Shown here: in pieces, positions 49,701 through 61,153 of the stretch | How the letters are laid out: each line of letters starts with the position of its first letter | Numbering within the stretch: position 1 is the stretch's first letter | Source: Tubiluchus corallicola | Lineage: Eukaryota; Animalia; Priapulida | Length of the DNA: 64,000 nucleotides | Assembly (NCBI GenBank): GCA_030141605.1 | Contig: JAQGDQ010000911.1 | Span: 17,117-81,116 of the forward strand | Reading direction: 5' to 3' | The notes under the pieces: generated by a model | Databases searched by the model: none | Told to the model about the DNA's origin: nothing | Seen by the model: only the letters and a program-made list of their open reading frames with translations | Position numbers and translations under genes: made by a program

Positions 49701-51689
49701 CACTGATCACTGAGAGTGAGACAGTAAGTGAGATGAGTATCACGACTGCTACACTGAGAGTGTGAGTTAGACAGGTGTGTAGCACGACTAGCATGACTTC
49801 TGCACTGCAATGTGAGTGAGACAGTGACTAGAAACTAAATCCAGTCAGTATATATAGGTATAGGTAATTATGCAAACTTGGCTTCACAAAAACCATTACT
49901 GTAAAATAGGGAGAGATCCAGTGAATATGCATATTCACTGGACCGTACAATTATACTAGGGGTGAGTTTAGCTAGTAAAATGTAAAAGGATTAGTTAATA
50001 GATAGCAGCACCTAAAAATATACAGTTAGAATTACCACAGTGCATTTTTGTATAAAATGTATGTACGTATAAAAGATTAATACCTTAAAGATTAATGCGT
50101 TAAAATAGGTCACTGAATAAATATTGCTTAGGGCTGTAACGATACGCCTAAGTCACGATGCGATACATATCGCGATACTAACCTCATGATACGATACATA
50201 CCACGATACATTTTCAGTCAACGTTTGCAGATTTTAATAAAAAAAGTAGATTAAATATACCAAAAAAAAGCTGTTGGTATATTATATGTATATATTAGAG
50301 TCATTAAAAAATTTAAAAATTGGTAAGTGCTAAAATAATTCTACAAACTGTAAGATTTCTGTTTGTACTCTTGTATTATTTGCATTGTAAGCCACCAGAT
50401 ATACAAAAATTTTCAATACTTTTTGATTTAAAATATCCTACTGTGTTTTCTAGTTCAGATTTGCTGCAAGCCATTTCAGAAACTTATAAGCAAAAACGTA
50501 AATCGCCTACTATGCATGATTCTAAACATATTGCGCTTTCAGCCGCTTTGCATTGGCTGGTTGCTAGCAGCAGGTCAGCCTGTGTCAAGGTCAAGTTTCC
50601 TATATGTACTGCGCTCACTGCACTGATTATTACGCTACAGCTGTAGCTTGAATTATTTCACGCTGTCTTTATCAGCGGACAGTCTAGATTGTGCTAAGTA
50701 TCAATGATTCACATTATCCAGGCAGTTTAGTCTAGTGGTAATGCGTCTGCTTTCCGTCTGGGAGGTAGTGAGTTCGAACCAGAGGCCGGGTCATACCAAA
50801 GACTTTAAAAATGGTACCGCTTTGCCTTGCCTGATGCGTGGTATTTAGGGTAAAAGTGGGGTAATAATAGTCTCTGTTATGTAGTTGTAGGTTGTTATTT
50901 ACAGTCGGCGATAATAGCTGTTTGAGCTAATGTTAATTGTTGACCCAAAAGCCGACTTTAAATAAAGATTATTATTATTATTATTATTCATGCTGTTTTT
51001 ATCAGAGGACAGTCTAGATTGCGCTAAATATCAATAATTCACATTATCGTGATACTGGTGCATTTTGGCGATACACGTATTGTTACAAAAGATATCACGA
51101 TTCATTGATGTATCGTTACAGGCCTAATATTGCTATAGTTACTCCACCTACTCAAAGCAGCAAAATTTTTAGATTCTACACCACGGCCGTTATCTGCAAC
51201 TTCCAAATTCTCCACACCATAATCCTTCAGTCGTATATCTATAATTAAGAAAGAAGCCAGAAGATTAAAGGAAGCCAAGTAAGAAATTTACACAATGATT
51301 ACCACCCAAATTTACATAATTTACAAAAAGCAAGTTATTTTAAGATATATCTGTGCTTACAGTGTATTTTTTGCATTCGCATTTAGTACGCAGTAGCAGT
51401 ACGTTACACTCATAAATAATCATTACATGATTGTAGTTGTTTACGTTTAGTAGGGCTAATTGTCTATTAAAAATTAGTGCCACAAACATGGTAATAAAAC
51501 TCTAAAAAAACAATGCATTTTACCAACAATATTTGCGCCTGCATCCAAACTGTTTTCTAGTAATTCCTTGACTGCAGTAGATAAATTGAGGATGACTTGA
51601 CCAGAGCAAATACGATGCACGTCATTACGGTCTATGGGAGCAATCAATCCTAAACCATCACCATTTTCAATAATATCTTCTGGATCCAT
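25320..51689 (-). CDS. PMS2: Mismatch-repair endonuclease PMS2 (MutL homologue), 15 coding exons, ~969 aa
   Basis: Exons 51689-51524, 51238-51152, 47935-47833, 47247-47145, 46206-46037, 43909-43736, 42629-42530, 41793-41709, 40901-40741, 39009-37997, 36114-35910, 34230-34100, 29847-29678, 27808-27666 and 25418-25320. All introns are GT-AG, phases are compatible and the total is 2910 nt. Motifs [40 protein letters not shown] and CPHGRP. Confidence 0.95.
26110..26255 (+). pseudogene. MADF/Myb-like fragment, possibly from a Harbinger accessory ORF, cut by a solo LTR
   Basis: Peptide [24 protein letters not shown] resembles the start of a MADF domain; the frame is interrupted at the LTR TSD. Confidence 0.4.
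26256..26625 (-). mobile_element. Solo LTR in the last PMS2 intron
   Basis: TGTTGTG...CACAACA inverted ends; perfect 5-bp TSD GACTT; same family as 16393-16711. Confidence 0.88.
26634..27243. repeat. 42-bp minisatellite, ~14 copies
   Basis: Unit GTGAAACTGGAAACACGATCGGGATAAGTGGTGAAGGTTATCCTGGATATT-like; explains ORFs 26598 and 26909. The unit length was estimated by eye and may be longer (the ORF repeat is 17 aa, i.e. 51 bp, ~12 copies). Confidence 0.85.
27536..27673. repeat. 45-bp triple repeat that includes the PMS2 exon 14 splice donor
   Basis: Three copies of ...CAACAGTTTAATGTTGGACAGTATACCTTCTTCA. Confidence 0.85.
27666..27808 (-). CDS. PMS2: PMS2 coding exon 14
   Basis: [48 protein letters not shown]. 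Confidence 0.93.
27931..28132 (+). mobile_element. 5' LTR plus primer-binding site of a truncated Gypsy-like retroelement
   Basis: TGT...AATAAA...GTAACA is followed immediately by TGGTGTCAGAAGTGGGAT, a tRNA-Leu-type PBS. The LTR start is approximate. Confidence 0.7.
28140..28386. repeat. 36-bp minisatellite, ~7 copies
   Basis: Unit AGAACAGCTACTGAAAGTGAAGGTTTCCCCTCTTTG. Confidence 0.9.
28579..28835 (+). mobile_element. tRNA-derived SINE with (ATT)n tail
   Basis: A box TAGTCTAGTGG, B box GTTCGA, core GGTCATACCAAAGACTTTAAAAATGGTACC (reminiscent of the Meta-SINE core); second copy at 50720. Confidence 0.85.
29034..29456. mobile_element. hAT-type MITE
   Basis: TIRs CAGGGGTGTGCAAATT...AATTTGCACACCCCTG; perfect 8-bp TSD TCTTATTG. 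Confidence 0.9.
29678..29847 (-). CDS. PMS2: PMS2 coding exon 13
   Basis: [56 protein letters not shown]. Confidence 0.92.
29946..33300. repeat. 33-bp satellite, ~100 copies, inside a PMS2 intron
   Basis: Unit CATCACATCATTAGCTATTGATGTTATGTTCCT; produces the long ORFs on both strands. Confidence 0.97.
33493..33959. mobile_element. Tigger/pogo-type MITE
   Basis: TA|CAGTCAACCTCGG...CCGAGGTTGACTG|TA. Confidence 0.85.
34100..34230 (-). CDS. PMS2: PMS2 coding exon 12 (endonuclease motif)
   Basis: [35 protein letters not shown], matching DQHA(X)2E(X)4E. Confidence 0.95.
34334..34855. mobile_element. TTAA-flanked non-autonomous DNA transposon (Kolobok- or piggyBac-like)
   Basis: TTAA|AGGAAAACCGGATGATT...AATCATCCGGTTTTCCT|TTAA; second copy at 59562-60055. 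Confidence 0.8.
35350..35723. mobile_element. Tigger/pogo-type MITE (copies at 40285-40610 and 47462-47777)
   Basis: AGTCAACCCTCGTTAAACCGGAC...GTCCGGTTTAACGAGGTTCGACTG with TA flanks. Confidence 0.85.
35910..36114 (-). CDS. PMS2: PMS2 coding exon 11
   Basis: ...[34 protein letters not shown]. Confidence 0.92.
36123..36260. repeat. 29-bp tandem repeat next to a PMS2 splice acceptor
   Basis: Unit CAAAATAAAGTATCTAGTGATCCATGTCA, ~4.5 copies. Confidence 0.85.
36357..36717 (+). mobile_element. Diverged copy of the hAT MITE at 1280/6675
   Basis: Internal CCAGAAAGCGAATTCGAATCGA and 3' end TTCGATGCCCACCCCTA. Confidence 0.75.
37997..39009 (-). CDS. PMS2: PMS2 coding exon 10 (long acidic, Ser-rich linker)
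   Basis: 1013-nt open frame that includes ORF 37978-38847; phases match both neighbouring exons. Confidence 0.85.
39098..40199. mobile_element. pogo/Tigger-like non-autonomous element
   Basis: Homologous to 1038-2112; ends CAGTGGCTGCCGCTTAATAGACTC...GAGTCTAATTAAGCGGCGCCTATTG. Confidence 0.75.
40285..40610. mobile_element. Tigger/pogo-type MITE
   Basis: TA|CAGTCGACCCTCG...CGAGGGTTGACTG|TA; inverted relative to the copy at 35350. Confidence 0.88.
40741..40901 (-). CDS. PMS2: PMS2 coding exon 9
   Basis: [27 protein letters not shown]. Confidence 0.93.
41709..41793 (-). CDS. PMS2: PMS2 coding exon 8
   Basis: [28 protein letters not shown]. Confidence 0.9.
42530..42629 (-). CDS. PMS2: PMS2 coding exon 7
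   Basis: [33 protein letters not shown]. Confidence 0.93.
42706..43369 (+). repeat. Degenerate interstitial telomere-like (TTAGGG)n tract
   Basis: TTAGGG units mixed with TTAGGA, TTGGA and TTAAGG; a longer repeated unit appears toward the 3' end. Confidence 0.85.
43736..43909 (-). CDS. PMS2: PMS2 coding exon 6
   Basis: [33 protein letters not shown]. Confidence 0.9.
43950..45080 (+). mobile_element. Head-to-tail tandem pair of Helitron-like non-autonomous elements
   Basis: Two units of ~530 and ~600 bp, each ending GCAAAATTTTTTGTGGGGCCTTTGCTAG(T). The second begins TCTATATA directly at the first CTAG-T; no TSD. A short related piece lies at ~24920. Confidence 0.65.
45488..45982. repeat. 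62-bp minisatellite, ~8 copies
   Basis: Unit CAGTTCAACAACAGCAGTAGGCCAATGTTGAATTCTGGCTTGCAGTTCCTGTCCCACCACAC. Confidence 0.92.
46037..46206 (-). CDS. PMS2: PMS2 coding exon 5
   Basis: [24 protein letters not shown]...RISCTNQ. Confidence 0.93.
46551..46885. mobile_element. hAT-like MITE containing a (GA)n microsatellite
   Basis: TIRs CAGGGCCGGCCTTA...TAAGGCCGGCCCTG; TSD imperfect. Confidence 0.8.
47145..47247 (-). CDS. PMS2: PMS2 coding exon 4
   Basis: [34 protein letters not shown]. Confidence 0.92.
47462..47777. mobile_element. Tigger/pogo-type MITE
   Basis: TA|CAGTCAGCCCTCG...CGAGGGTCGACTG|TA. Confidence 0.88.
47833..47935 (-). CDS. PMS2: PMS2 coding exon 3
   Basis: [33 protein letters not shown]. 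Confidence 0.95.
48079..49413 (-). repeat. 105-bp tandem array (~12.5 copies) derived from a CR1-like LINE ORF2 C-terminus
   Basis: Unit translates as [27 protein letters not shown], matching the CR1-type pattern L.L..L..RR.R.DLI..YK...G. Confidence 0.85.
49545..50040 (+). repeat. ~500-bp interspersed repeat, near-identical copy at ~60350-60845
   Basis: Long exact matches, including the 26-bp palindrome TCCAGTGAATATGCATATTCACTGGA. Confidence 0.85.
50129..51126. mobile_element. hAT-type MITE with a nested SINE
   Basis: TIRs TAGGGCTGTAACGATAC...GTATCGTTACAGGCCTA; perfect 8-bp TSD ATATTGCT. Confidence 0.88.
50720..50988 (+). mobile_element. tRNA-derived SINE
   Basis: Near-identical to 28579-28835; A and B boxes and (ATT)n tail. 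Confidence 0.85.
51152..51238 (-). CDS. PMS2: PMS2 coding exon 2
   Basis: [29 protein letters not shown]. Confidence 0.93.
51524..51689 (-). CDS. PMS2: PMS2 first recognisable coding exon
   Basis: MDPED...[34 protein letters not shown]. An acceptor (tag|GTA ATG) lies just upstream, so an earlier exon probably exists. Confidence 0.93.
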
Positions 51690-52524
51690 TACCTACATAG
51701 GAAAGAAAATAATGGCTTGCTTAATTTGATGTACTATTCAAGGTCAATGTTGCTTGGCAATATGGTTCACTGCTGATAACTAGGAAGATTTCCACTAAAC
51801 TATATGTACAATGTGCACGGTGTATACTTAATTACTAAATAGTAAATTATCCTTGATAGTAAGTTTTGTAAGTTTATAAATTTATCACCATTTTTATAAT
51901 AGCGAAATACATAACTAAGTGATTTATAAATCTGGACGACATACAGTAATATTACAAAGTGCAAAAGTAATTACTGATTAGTGGTGAAAGGGTGGTGAAA
52001 GAACTATGAGTATGACTATGACTATGAGTTATCGAGGTCAGCCATCCTCTCAGAATTGTTACTAACATAACTAATTAATGATAGATTCTGCCCTTCTTGT
52101 CCTGCCGTAATAAATTCAATTTTGTGATGATTAATTAGTCAGTACACGGTGTACACCTTTAGTGCTTCATGTTGTTAGGTGCTGGGTTCTCAGCCATCCA
52201 ATTTGCAGCACGTCAAATTGCATAAATTAAGACTGCCAACGAAATCACAGCATCTAACACAAAAATAATGAAACTAAAATTTGCATCCCGATGTTTAAAA
52301 GACCTTAATAATACTATTAATAGTATACGACTAGTAGTGTGGCACCACTTCTTGGCAATAGTACAAGTAAGCATACCACTTTCAATGTAATGTAAGTTGC
52401 GTCAAAGTTACAAGACGAAAGTAGTTACATCACCCAAGTTTAGCACAAGTAATTGGTACAGATTTAACTTACGACACTTTCATAGGAAGACAGAATATTT
52501 CTTTAGATCTAATTTTTTATTTGA

Positions 52525-52640
52525 CTATTCCCGCCGAAGAAGGCCGCCATATTCGCAGTTCGCACTTATCACTACTGAGTTCCCAGGAATAGAGACAGTG
52601 AGACCAAAGATCTAGATGGTGAAAATAACCGAGAAACGGA
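52525..52640 (-). promoter_or_regulatory. Candidate PMS2 promoter/first-exon region with a YY1-type site
   Basis: Local GC/CpG enrichment; AATATGGCGGC on the minus strand (~52542-52552); possible donor G|GTATGC near 52375. Confidence 0.35.
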
Positions 52641-54008
52641 CGTTCATTGTTCAGCTTTTTTATTTATTATTGTTATCACATTCAGTACAATATAATGACA
52701 TTAAGCACACAGTGACATCAAAATTATTACATCTACTGTATTAAATTGTTATGTTTCATACACTATCGTTATCATAAAAGAATAATTGTACTGCAGTGGG
52801 CTAGAGAAGCAAAGGGTTGTATAAGCCCACTGTCATGTGAACCCGATAAAAAAAGAATGGATGAGTGAACAAAAAAGAACTGGGAGAAAGTTTAGATCAC
52901 ACAGGAAGGGTAGAAGGATGTGTTAGTGGAAATGGTAGGAAGGACGGTAATAGAATGCGCTATGTTGACATCAGCTTTAAACACTTATCGATGATGCCTT
53001 GTTTTGCATAATTTGCACCAGGATTGTGGTATGACTGCTGCAGTAGGTGTGGGAAATTAGGAAGTGTTGTACTTGTTGAGAATCATTGCTCTGTATTTCT
53101 TTTTAAATTTTTGATTTGTCATGTTAACATTGTTCACTGTTCAGTTCGTTCAGTGTCTTCTCTGCAATTGGCATCCGCCCTGAATTACCGGCTGTATAAA
53201 TTATCTGGAAAAAACCCAAAATAAGATCTAGACGTATAGAAAAATGGGAAGAAACGAAATAAAAACTTGGACTAATTGGACTTCAGTGACAAATTAAAGC
53301 ACTCAAGCTACCACCAAGTAAGGGGCCCTAATGTAAAACTGTATAATATTTTAGTAATGTAAAATACGTAATCTTACTGTTAGGTGTCAAGCCGACATCA
53401 CTAATGAATTAAGTAATGGTGAATACATGCAACAATTAATATAAACCTAAAACAGAATCATTGAATGTCGACCGTCGAGCCCTTTACTAGACTGTCCTGG
53501 TCGTCGCAAATGACAAGTTTTATAGGTGCGTTACTTACACTTAGCTATTTGACAAACAGAACATTGCCAGGGAAGATGGTTGTAGTAACTCGGTGAATTT
53601 TACTTTATTTTAAGTTTATTTTTTAATTATGTGATTTTTGGGCAATAAGTTTCTTCACACAAACCCAAGTTTTTTCTTTTAGGTATTTACAAAAAGTTTA
53701 CGCAGTGAAGCTGCTAGTAAAACGATGTTTCGAATTTGTGTAGTAACGTAACTCGGACGAAAATAAATAATACACCAGTGTCGCCAAATACTGACGACGA
53801 TGTGATGACGATTCTTTAAAATATGATTGAAACAAACTTTCTTCACTAGCTTGCGACGTATCGTGCTACAGCATTATTGATTTAACACAATGGGTGTTTT
53901 TTATTTGGTATTAAGATTTGCCAATAACTAAGTATTGGGTCCAACTTGTTTACGTATACGGTATAGTTATAGTTGCTACTCCAATGACTGGAAGCTGTAT
54001 TAGGAAAC

Positions 54009-57000
54009 ATGGATCAAGCAGAACTAAGAAGACTTGAGCATTTATCCCTTGTGTCTAAAGTTTGTACCGAATTGGACAATCACTTGGGGTTGAATGATAA
54101 AGACTTGGCTGAGTTTATCATCGATCTTACTGAGAAAAATGATACATTTCAGAAATTCAAAGCTGTTTTAGAAGAAAATGGTGCAGAATTTCCTGAGTCA
54201 TTCACAGCAAATTTACTGAGATTGATACAAAGGATGAAACCCAAAAATGACAAGCAGAAAATGGAGTTAGACACTTTCGAAGAAAAGGAGAATTTGACAG
54301 AGAAAATGGCTCTTGCCCAAAAATACCCAGCACTTGCTCTACCCAATGATCCGACTGTTAGGTCAATGCTCCAAAGTGAAATGAAACAAGATATTAAGAT
54401 TGCAGAAACTACAATGGACGAGCTAGCAGCTCTTGCCTCTCATCCAAAAACTGAAGATAATAAAGAAAGGAAAAGGACCGAATCTCATGAGAAGAGGAAA
54501 CATCGGTCAAGAAGCCAGTCAAGGTCATCAAGTCCTTATGAACGACATAGAGATTCATCCTGTCACCAAAAAACTTCTCATGCACGTAGCAGTAAAAGAA
54601 AACGCAGCAGGTCAAGAGATAGACAAAGAACTAGGTCTAGGGATAGAAAAAGGTGTAGGTCCAAATCTCGTGAAAAAGAAGAAAAAAGAAATAGGAGCAC
54701 TAAGGGAAATATACCTCCTTTTGAACCCATTCCTGGTGAGATTTATAATGGTAAAGTTACAAGTATTATGCACTTTGGCTGCTTTGTACACTTGGAAGGT
54801 CTTCGCAGACGCTGGGAGGGTTTTGTTCATAAATCTGAGTTGCGAAGAGAAGGCAGAGTAATGAATGTTGGAGATGTGGTTTCAAGGGGTCAGAAGGTTA
54901 AGGTTAAAGTTTTGTCATTTACTGGTCAGAAAACTAGTCTTTCAATTAAGGATGTTGATCAAGAAATGGGCGAAGATTTGAAACTAACCATGAATCGTGG
55001 AGCAGATGCTGTTGCTCTCAATCCTGACCGTCCAATTACTTTGCCACTTGTAAAGAGCATCCCTGACCAGGATAGTGGACAGTTGAAAAAAGTACAGCGG
55101 ATATCTTCTCCTGAAAGATGGGAGCTGAAACAGATGAGGGCTGCAAATTGCATTGATATTTCGGAGCAACCGGATTTTGATGAAGATACTGGAGTTTTAC
55201 CAAAAGCAGGTGATGAAGATGAAGACGTTGAAATTGAATTGGTGGAAGAAGAACCACCTTTCTTGAAAGGCCATGGTAGAACAGTATTAGACACGAGCCC
55301 TGTTAAAATTGTAAAGAATCCAGATGGATCATTAGCTCAGTCAGCTATGATGCAAAGTGCTTTAACTAAGGAAAGGCGAGAAACGAAACAAGCTCAAAGA
55401 GAATCAGAGATGGATTCTATACCACCTGGTCTAAATAAACGGTGGATTGATCCAATGCCTGACAGCGACATTCGAAATCCAATTGCAGCAAATATGCGAG
55501 GATTAGGTCAACAACAACAAGACATACCAAAATGGAAGAAGCATTTAAGAGGTGGCGGTAAAGCATCATATGGTAAACGCACGACTAAGACAATAATAGA
55601 GCAGCGAGAAGGACTGCCCATTTTCAAATTGAAAGATGAATTAATAAAGGCAGTCAACGACAACCAAATATTAGTAGTTATCGGTGAGACTGGTTCCGGA
55701 AAAACAACGCAAATAACACAGTACTTAGCCGAGGCTGGATATACTGTACGTGGTAAAATTGGTTGTACGCAGCCAAGACGTGTCGCCGCCACGTCAGTTG
55801 CAAAAAGAGTATCGGAGGAGTTTGGTTGCCGTTTGGGCCAAGAGGTAGGTTATACGATTCGTTTTGATGACTGCACAAGCCCAGAAACTGTAATAAAATA
55901 CATGACTCATGGTATGATGCTCAGAGAATGTTTGCTGGATCCAGATCTGCAGTCTTACGCAGTTATTATGCTGGATGAGGCTCATGAACGCACTATCCAT
56001 ACCGATGCTCTTTTTGGTTTGCTTAAAAGGGCTGTGAAGAAACGACCTGAACTAAGGCTCATTGTCACATCTGCTACATTAGATGCAGTAAAGTTTTCGG
56101 AATATTTCTTTCAAGCGCCAATCTTCACAATTCCTGGTCGTACTTATCCTGTAGAGATTCTTTACACAAAGGAAGCTGAAACTGATTACTTGGATGCTGC
56201 GCTGATAACCTGTATGCAAATACACTTGACAGAACCACCAGGTGACATTTTATTGTTTTTGACTGGTCAAGAAGAAATAGATACGGCTTGTGAAATTTTG
56301 TATGAATGCATGAAATCTCTTGGACCTGAAGTTCCTGATCTAATTATACTACCTGTGTATGGTGCTTTACCAAGTGAGATGCAGACAAGAATTTTTGATC
56401 CTGCTCCATCTGGTTCAAGAAAGGTTGTTATCTCTACAAACATAGCTGAGACGTCTTTGACCATAGATGGAATATTTTATGTTGTTGATCCGGGATTTGT
56501 TAAGCAGAAGGCTTACAATTCCAAAACAGGGATGGATGCTCTTGTTGTGACTCCAATATCGCAGGCACAAGCCAAGCAAAGATCGGGCCGTGCTGGTCGC
56601 ACAGGCCCCGGAAAGTGCTATAGATTGTACACGGAAAGAGCGTATAGAGATGAGATGCTAGCCACTCCTATACCCGAAATACAAAGAACAAATCTTGCTG
56701 GAACTGTGCTTCAGCTGAAAGCAATGGGAATCAACGATCTTTTGAACTTTGATTTCATGGATGCGCCACCCATGGAAACTCTTATATCATCACTAGAGCA
56801 ACTTCGTGCACTTAGTGCATTAGATGATGAAGGTCTACTAACAAGACTTGGCCGCAGGATGGCAGAGTTTCCACTAGAACCTCAACTATCGAAGATGTTG
56901 ATCATGTCTGTTCATCTAGGGTGTTCTGATGAAATTCTGACTATTGTGTCAATGTTATCTGTACAAAATGTTTTTTATAGGCCAAAGGACAAACAAGCAT

Positions 57001-57584
57001 TAGCTGATCAGAAGAAGGCAAAATTTCATCAATTAGAAGGTGATCATCTTACCTTGCTTGCTGTGTATAACTCATGGAGGAACAACAAGTTTTCCAATCC
57101 GTGGTGTTATGAAAATTTTGTACAAATTAGGACATTGAAGCGAGCACAGGATGTACGTAAACAGTTGCTAGGTATCATGGATAGGCACAAACTTGATGTT
57201 GTCTCTTGTGGCAAGCAGACTGCTCGTGTTCAGAAATGCATTTGCAGCGGCTTCTTCCAAAATGCTGCCAAGAAACATCCCCAAGAAGGATTCCGAACTT
57301 TGGTTGACAGCCAAGTGGTTTACATCCATCCTTCGAGTTCCTTGTTCAACAGGCCACCTGAATGGGTCGTTTATCATGACCTTATACTGACAACAAGGGA
57401 GTACATGCGTGAAGTTACTACTGTAGATCCAAAATGGTTAGTGGAGTTTGCGCCGGCTTTCTTCAAATTTGCCGATCCAACTAAACTCAGCAAACACAAA
57501 AAGACCCAACGACTTGAACCACTGTATAATAGATACGAAGAACCAAATGCATGGAGAATATCAAGAGTTCGACGTTACAAATAA
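54009..57584 (+). CDS. DHX8: DEAH-box RNA helicase DHX8 (Prp22), 1191 aa, no introns in the CDS
   Basis: N-terminal [18 protein letters not shown]-rich region, S1 domain, [33 protein letters not shown], and C-terminal [17 protein letters not shown]. Confidence 0.96.
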   Translation: MDQAELRRLEHLSLVSKVCTELDNHLGLNDKDLAEFIIDLTEKNDTFQKFKAVLEENGAEFPESFTANLLRLIQRMKPKNDKQKMELDTFEEKENLTEKMALAQKYPALALPNDPTVRSMLQSEMKQDIKIAETTMDELAALASHPKTEDNKERKRTESHEKRKHRSRSQSRSSSPYERHRDSSCHQKTSHARSSKRKRSRSRDRQRTRSRDRKRCRSKSREKEEKRNRSTKGNIPPFEPIPGEIYNGKVTSIMHFGCFVHLEGLRRRWEGFVHKSELRREGRVMNVGDVVSRGQKVKVKVLSFTGQKTSLSIKDVDQEMGEDLKLTMNRGADAVALNPDRPITLPLVKSIPDQDSGQLKKVQRISSPERWELKQMRAANCIDISEQPDFDEDTGVLPKAGDEDEDVEIELVEEEPPFLKGHGRTVLDTSPVKIVKNPDGSLAQSAMMQSALTKERRETKQAQRESEMDSIPPGLNKRWIDPMPDSDIRNPIAANMRGLGQQQQDIPKWKKHLRGGGKASYGKRTTKTIIEQREGLPIFKLKDELIKAVNDNQILVVIGETGSGKTTQITQYLAEAGYTVRGKIGCTQPRRVAATSVAKRVSEEFGCRLGQEVGYTIRFDDCTSPETVIKYMTHGMMLRECLLDPDLQSYAVIMLDEAHERTIHTDALFGLLKRAVKKRPELRLIVTSATLDAVKFSEYFFQAPIFTIPGRTYPVEILYTKEAETDYLDAALITCMQIHLTEPPGDILLFLTGQEEIDTACEILYECMKSLGPEVPDLIILPVYGALPSEMQTRIFDPAPSGSRKVVISTNIAETSLTIDGIFYVVDPGFVKQKAYNSKTGMDALVVTPISQAQAKQRSGRAGRTGPGKCYRLYTERAYRDEMLATPIPEIQRTNLAGTVLQLKAMGINDLLNFDFMDAPPMETLISSLEQLRALSALDDEGLLTRLGRRMAEFPLEPQLSKMLIMSVHLGCSDEILTIVSMLSVQNVFYRPKDKQALADQKKAKFHQLEGDHLTLLAVYNSWRNNKFSNPWCYENFVQIRTLKRAQDVRKQLLGIMDRHKLDVVSCGKQTARVQKCICSGFFQNAAKKHPQEGFRTLVDSQVVYIHPSSSLFNRPPEWVVYHDLILTTREYMREVTTVDPKWLVEFAPAFFKFADPTKLSKHKKTQRLEPLYNRYEEPNAWRISRVRRYK

Positions 57585-59373
57585 AACTGTCTCAACTGTA
57601 CATTGTAAACCTTAAGAGTTCCATCATTATCGTGCCTAGACTGGAAATTGATAATATATGGAAATTGATTTACAAAATCTGCAATGGTCGTGTCATTATA
57701 TTAATTTCATTCATTACCCATTTGTTGCAACTGGTGTAGAAGTGCGAGATTAAGAACTACTTCACAATATATTTTACAATTTCGTTTTCAAATTATGAAT
57801 TTTAATTATTTAAAAGTCATATCATGTCATTTTGTTCTGTGGAGTATTCTGGAGCTCCCCACATTCTGCTAATAACGAGGGAGTCTGCGACTATTTATTA
57901 AAATTTAATTTTTAATACTGATTTTTAAATTGCAAATTGCTACTTAAAATTCACAACTCCTGTGTGCATAAATACAGACAAATTTTGCAAGACTTGCTGC
58001 TTGGTCGCCCTTAAAACAGATATGTTTCATTGCCTTATAACAACAGCAGTGCTGCCTGATACTGAGTTTGATTTTAATGTTATACTTTCACGGTACCTTT
58101 ACTTCTCAGTAATATGGTTTCCTTAATACCACCCTGCATGGCAAGCTACTACTCTTTGCTTGCTAACATAACCAAGAATGCAGTCCACGTGGTCAGTACC
58201 GTGACTCCTGTCAGACGTTGCCATCTTCGGACACAATAAGAAATCTTTATATGTGCCGCTGGAATGAATACTATATTATTGCTCAGGAATTAGTAATATT
58301 GTTGAAACTTGAATTTGTCACATCTATTATTGTTGCTGTTGAATGAGGCTCTTTAGAATTTCTTGACAAAATAGTGCAACTGAAAGAGGATTTTGGTTTT
58401 CTATTTTTATTTTTTATTTTCCGCCTAGATGTTCTGTGAGAAACAGACGTGCATCATATATATTGGCTCCCGCTTTCGTTGAAACCTATGTGCCATTCAT
58501 TTTGTACATTTAGCAAGCAAGCTGCGGAAAATCTTAAAATGAGGTTAAGTTGTTCAAATAAAACTGGTTTAGTAAAAGCTGCAGGTTAAACTACCAATTC
58601 AGTGAACTGTAAATCTGCGTGCACTTTCATTTTGGAGAATGTGATTTGACAATATGGTTGTATGATACCTTGAAATGTAATGTATTGTGTATACATACAA
58701 TTTAACGTTTTTCATTTAGCATTATGTCAATCACATGTACTCATTAAGTGATATCATAAGCATGATATCATACTCTAACTAGGCTATAGCCTAGGACACC
58801 AAAGTTTTTTGGTGTCACATCTTAGAAAAAATCCTTATTCTCCTCAGAAAATGTGTATACTTTCATATTCACGTAAAGGACGCATTTTATAACACACCAC
58901 AGGCAGTTACTGAGATCAGCTTTTATAGAAGTGCCACACAACAAATAGGTGCATGGTATTACAGAACAAGCAAGCAAGCGCTACCCAAATACATCTAATT
59001 AACAAGGACCACATTTTGAGGGCGTCACATTTTAGAAAAAATTCTTATTCTCTGCGGAAAATGTGTGTACTTTCATATTCACGTAAAGGACGCATTTTAT
59101 AACACACCACAGGCAATTACTGAGATCAGCTTTTATGTAAGTGCCACACAACAAACAGGTGCATGGTATTACACAACAAGCAAGCAAGCGCTACCCAAAT
59201 ACATCTAATTAACAACGGCCACGTAGAAACTAAGCTAATGGTGTTTCTAATACACCACAAGTAATTGTTTAAACTGCTCATTACATAAACAATAATAATT
59301 TCACAATAGAGATGGATGGGACAGAACTATCAGCCTAGGGTGTCGTGAAGTCTTGTTACGCCCCGAGTGATAA

Positions 59374-60055
<682 letters not shown>

Positions 60056-61153
60056 TTAAACGTTAGATATGATTTTGGACTCGTCGAAGTTGTCACCTAC
60101 GAGATGTTACTTTATACAAGAAATTTTCATCTTTAACTGTATATCCAATTAATCTCATGATTAGTTAAGCTTTAATACTCTCAGAAGTGAAATGTAAGGT
60201 AGACACTATGATAATGCAGAAAGATTGTAGAGTGTCGCCTTTTTCAAATTCAGTTTGAAGTTTTACCAATCTGAAGAATTTCCCTAATATGTGCATATGT
60301 ATAGTGAAGCTTTTGTTGTAAAAAAATTAGCTTTTTTGTAATATAACTGTGAAAGTCATGTTTCAGGTTGTAGATGAATCACTTTGTAGAAAAAGAATAA
60401 ACAACTATACTACATATTTGCACAAAACTGAAAAACGTTTATTAGACCACATACACATATGTAGAATGACTGCTACACTGCACACTGAGAACAAGAGTGT
60501 CCTGCACTGATCACTGAGAGTTAGACAGTAACATGATTAGCACGACTTCTGCACTGCATTGAGAGTGAGACAGGTGTGTAGCATGAGTAGTACGACTTCT
60601 GCACTGCACTGAGAGTGAGACAGTGACTAGAAATCCAGTCAGTATATATAGGTATAGGTAATTATGCAAACTTGGCTTCACAAAAACCATTACTGTAAAA
60701 TAGGGAGAGATCCAGTGAATATGCATATTCACTGGACCGTACAATTATACTAGGGGTGAGTTTAGCTAGTAAAATGTAAAAGGATTAGTTAACAGATGCA
60801 GCAATAGATGGCAGCACCTAAAAATATACAGTTACAATTTCCACAATAACTGCATGAATAATCTAACTAGCCTATGTATAATCTGATGCACCCTCAGTCT
60901 AGCACTATTCACTTACCCACTTGCAGTAATGTTCTAATTCAATATTAATATTGTTAAGCAGATTGATTTGAACTGGGTTAACACACATATAAAAATTGCT
61001 AAGAGTGGAGAACTTCTTAAAATTAGACGCGTATGTTAAAATTGGACATTTTAATTCTAGTGGGTTTGTATTACAAGACAAGCTAGACTCCTAATTGAAT
61101 TTGTTTGTTGTTATTGCAATCAGTGTTCACTGGCTGTTTGAAAATTCTTGCAG

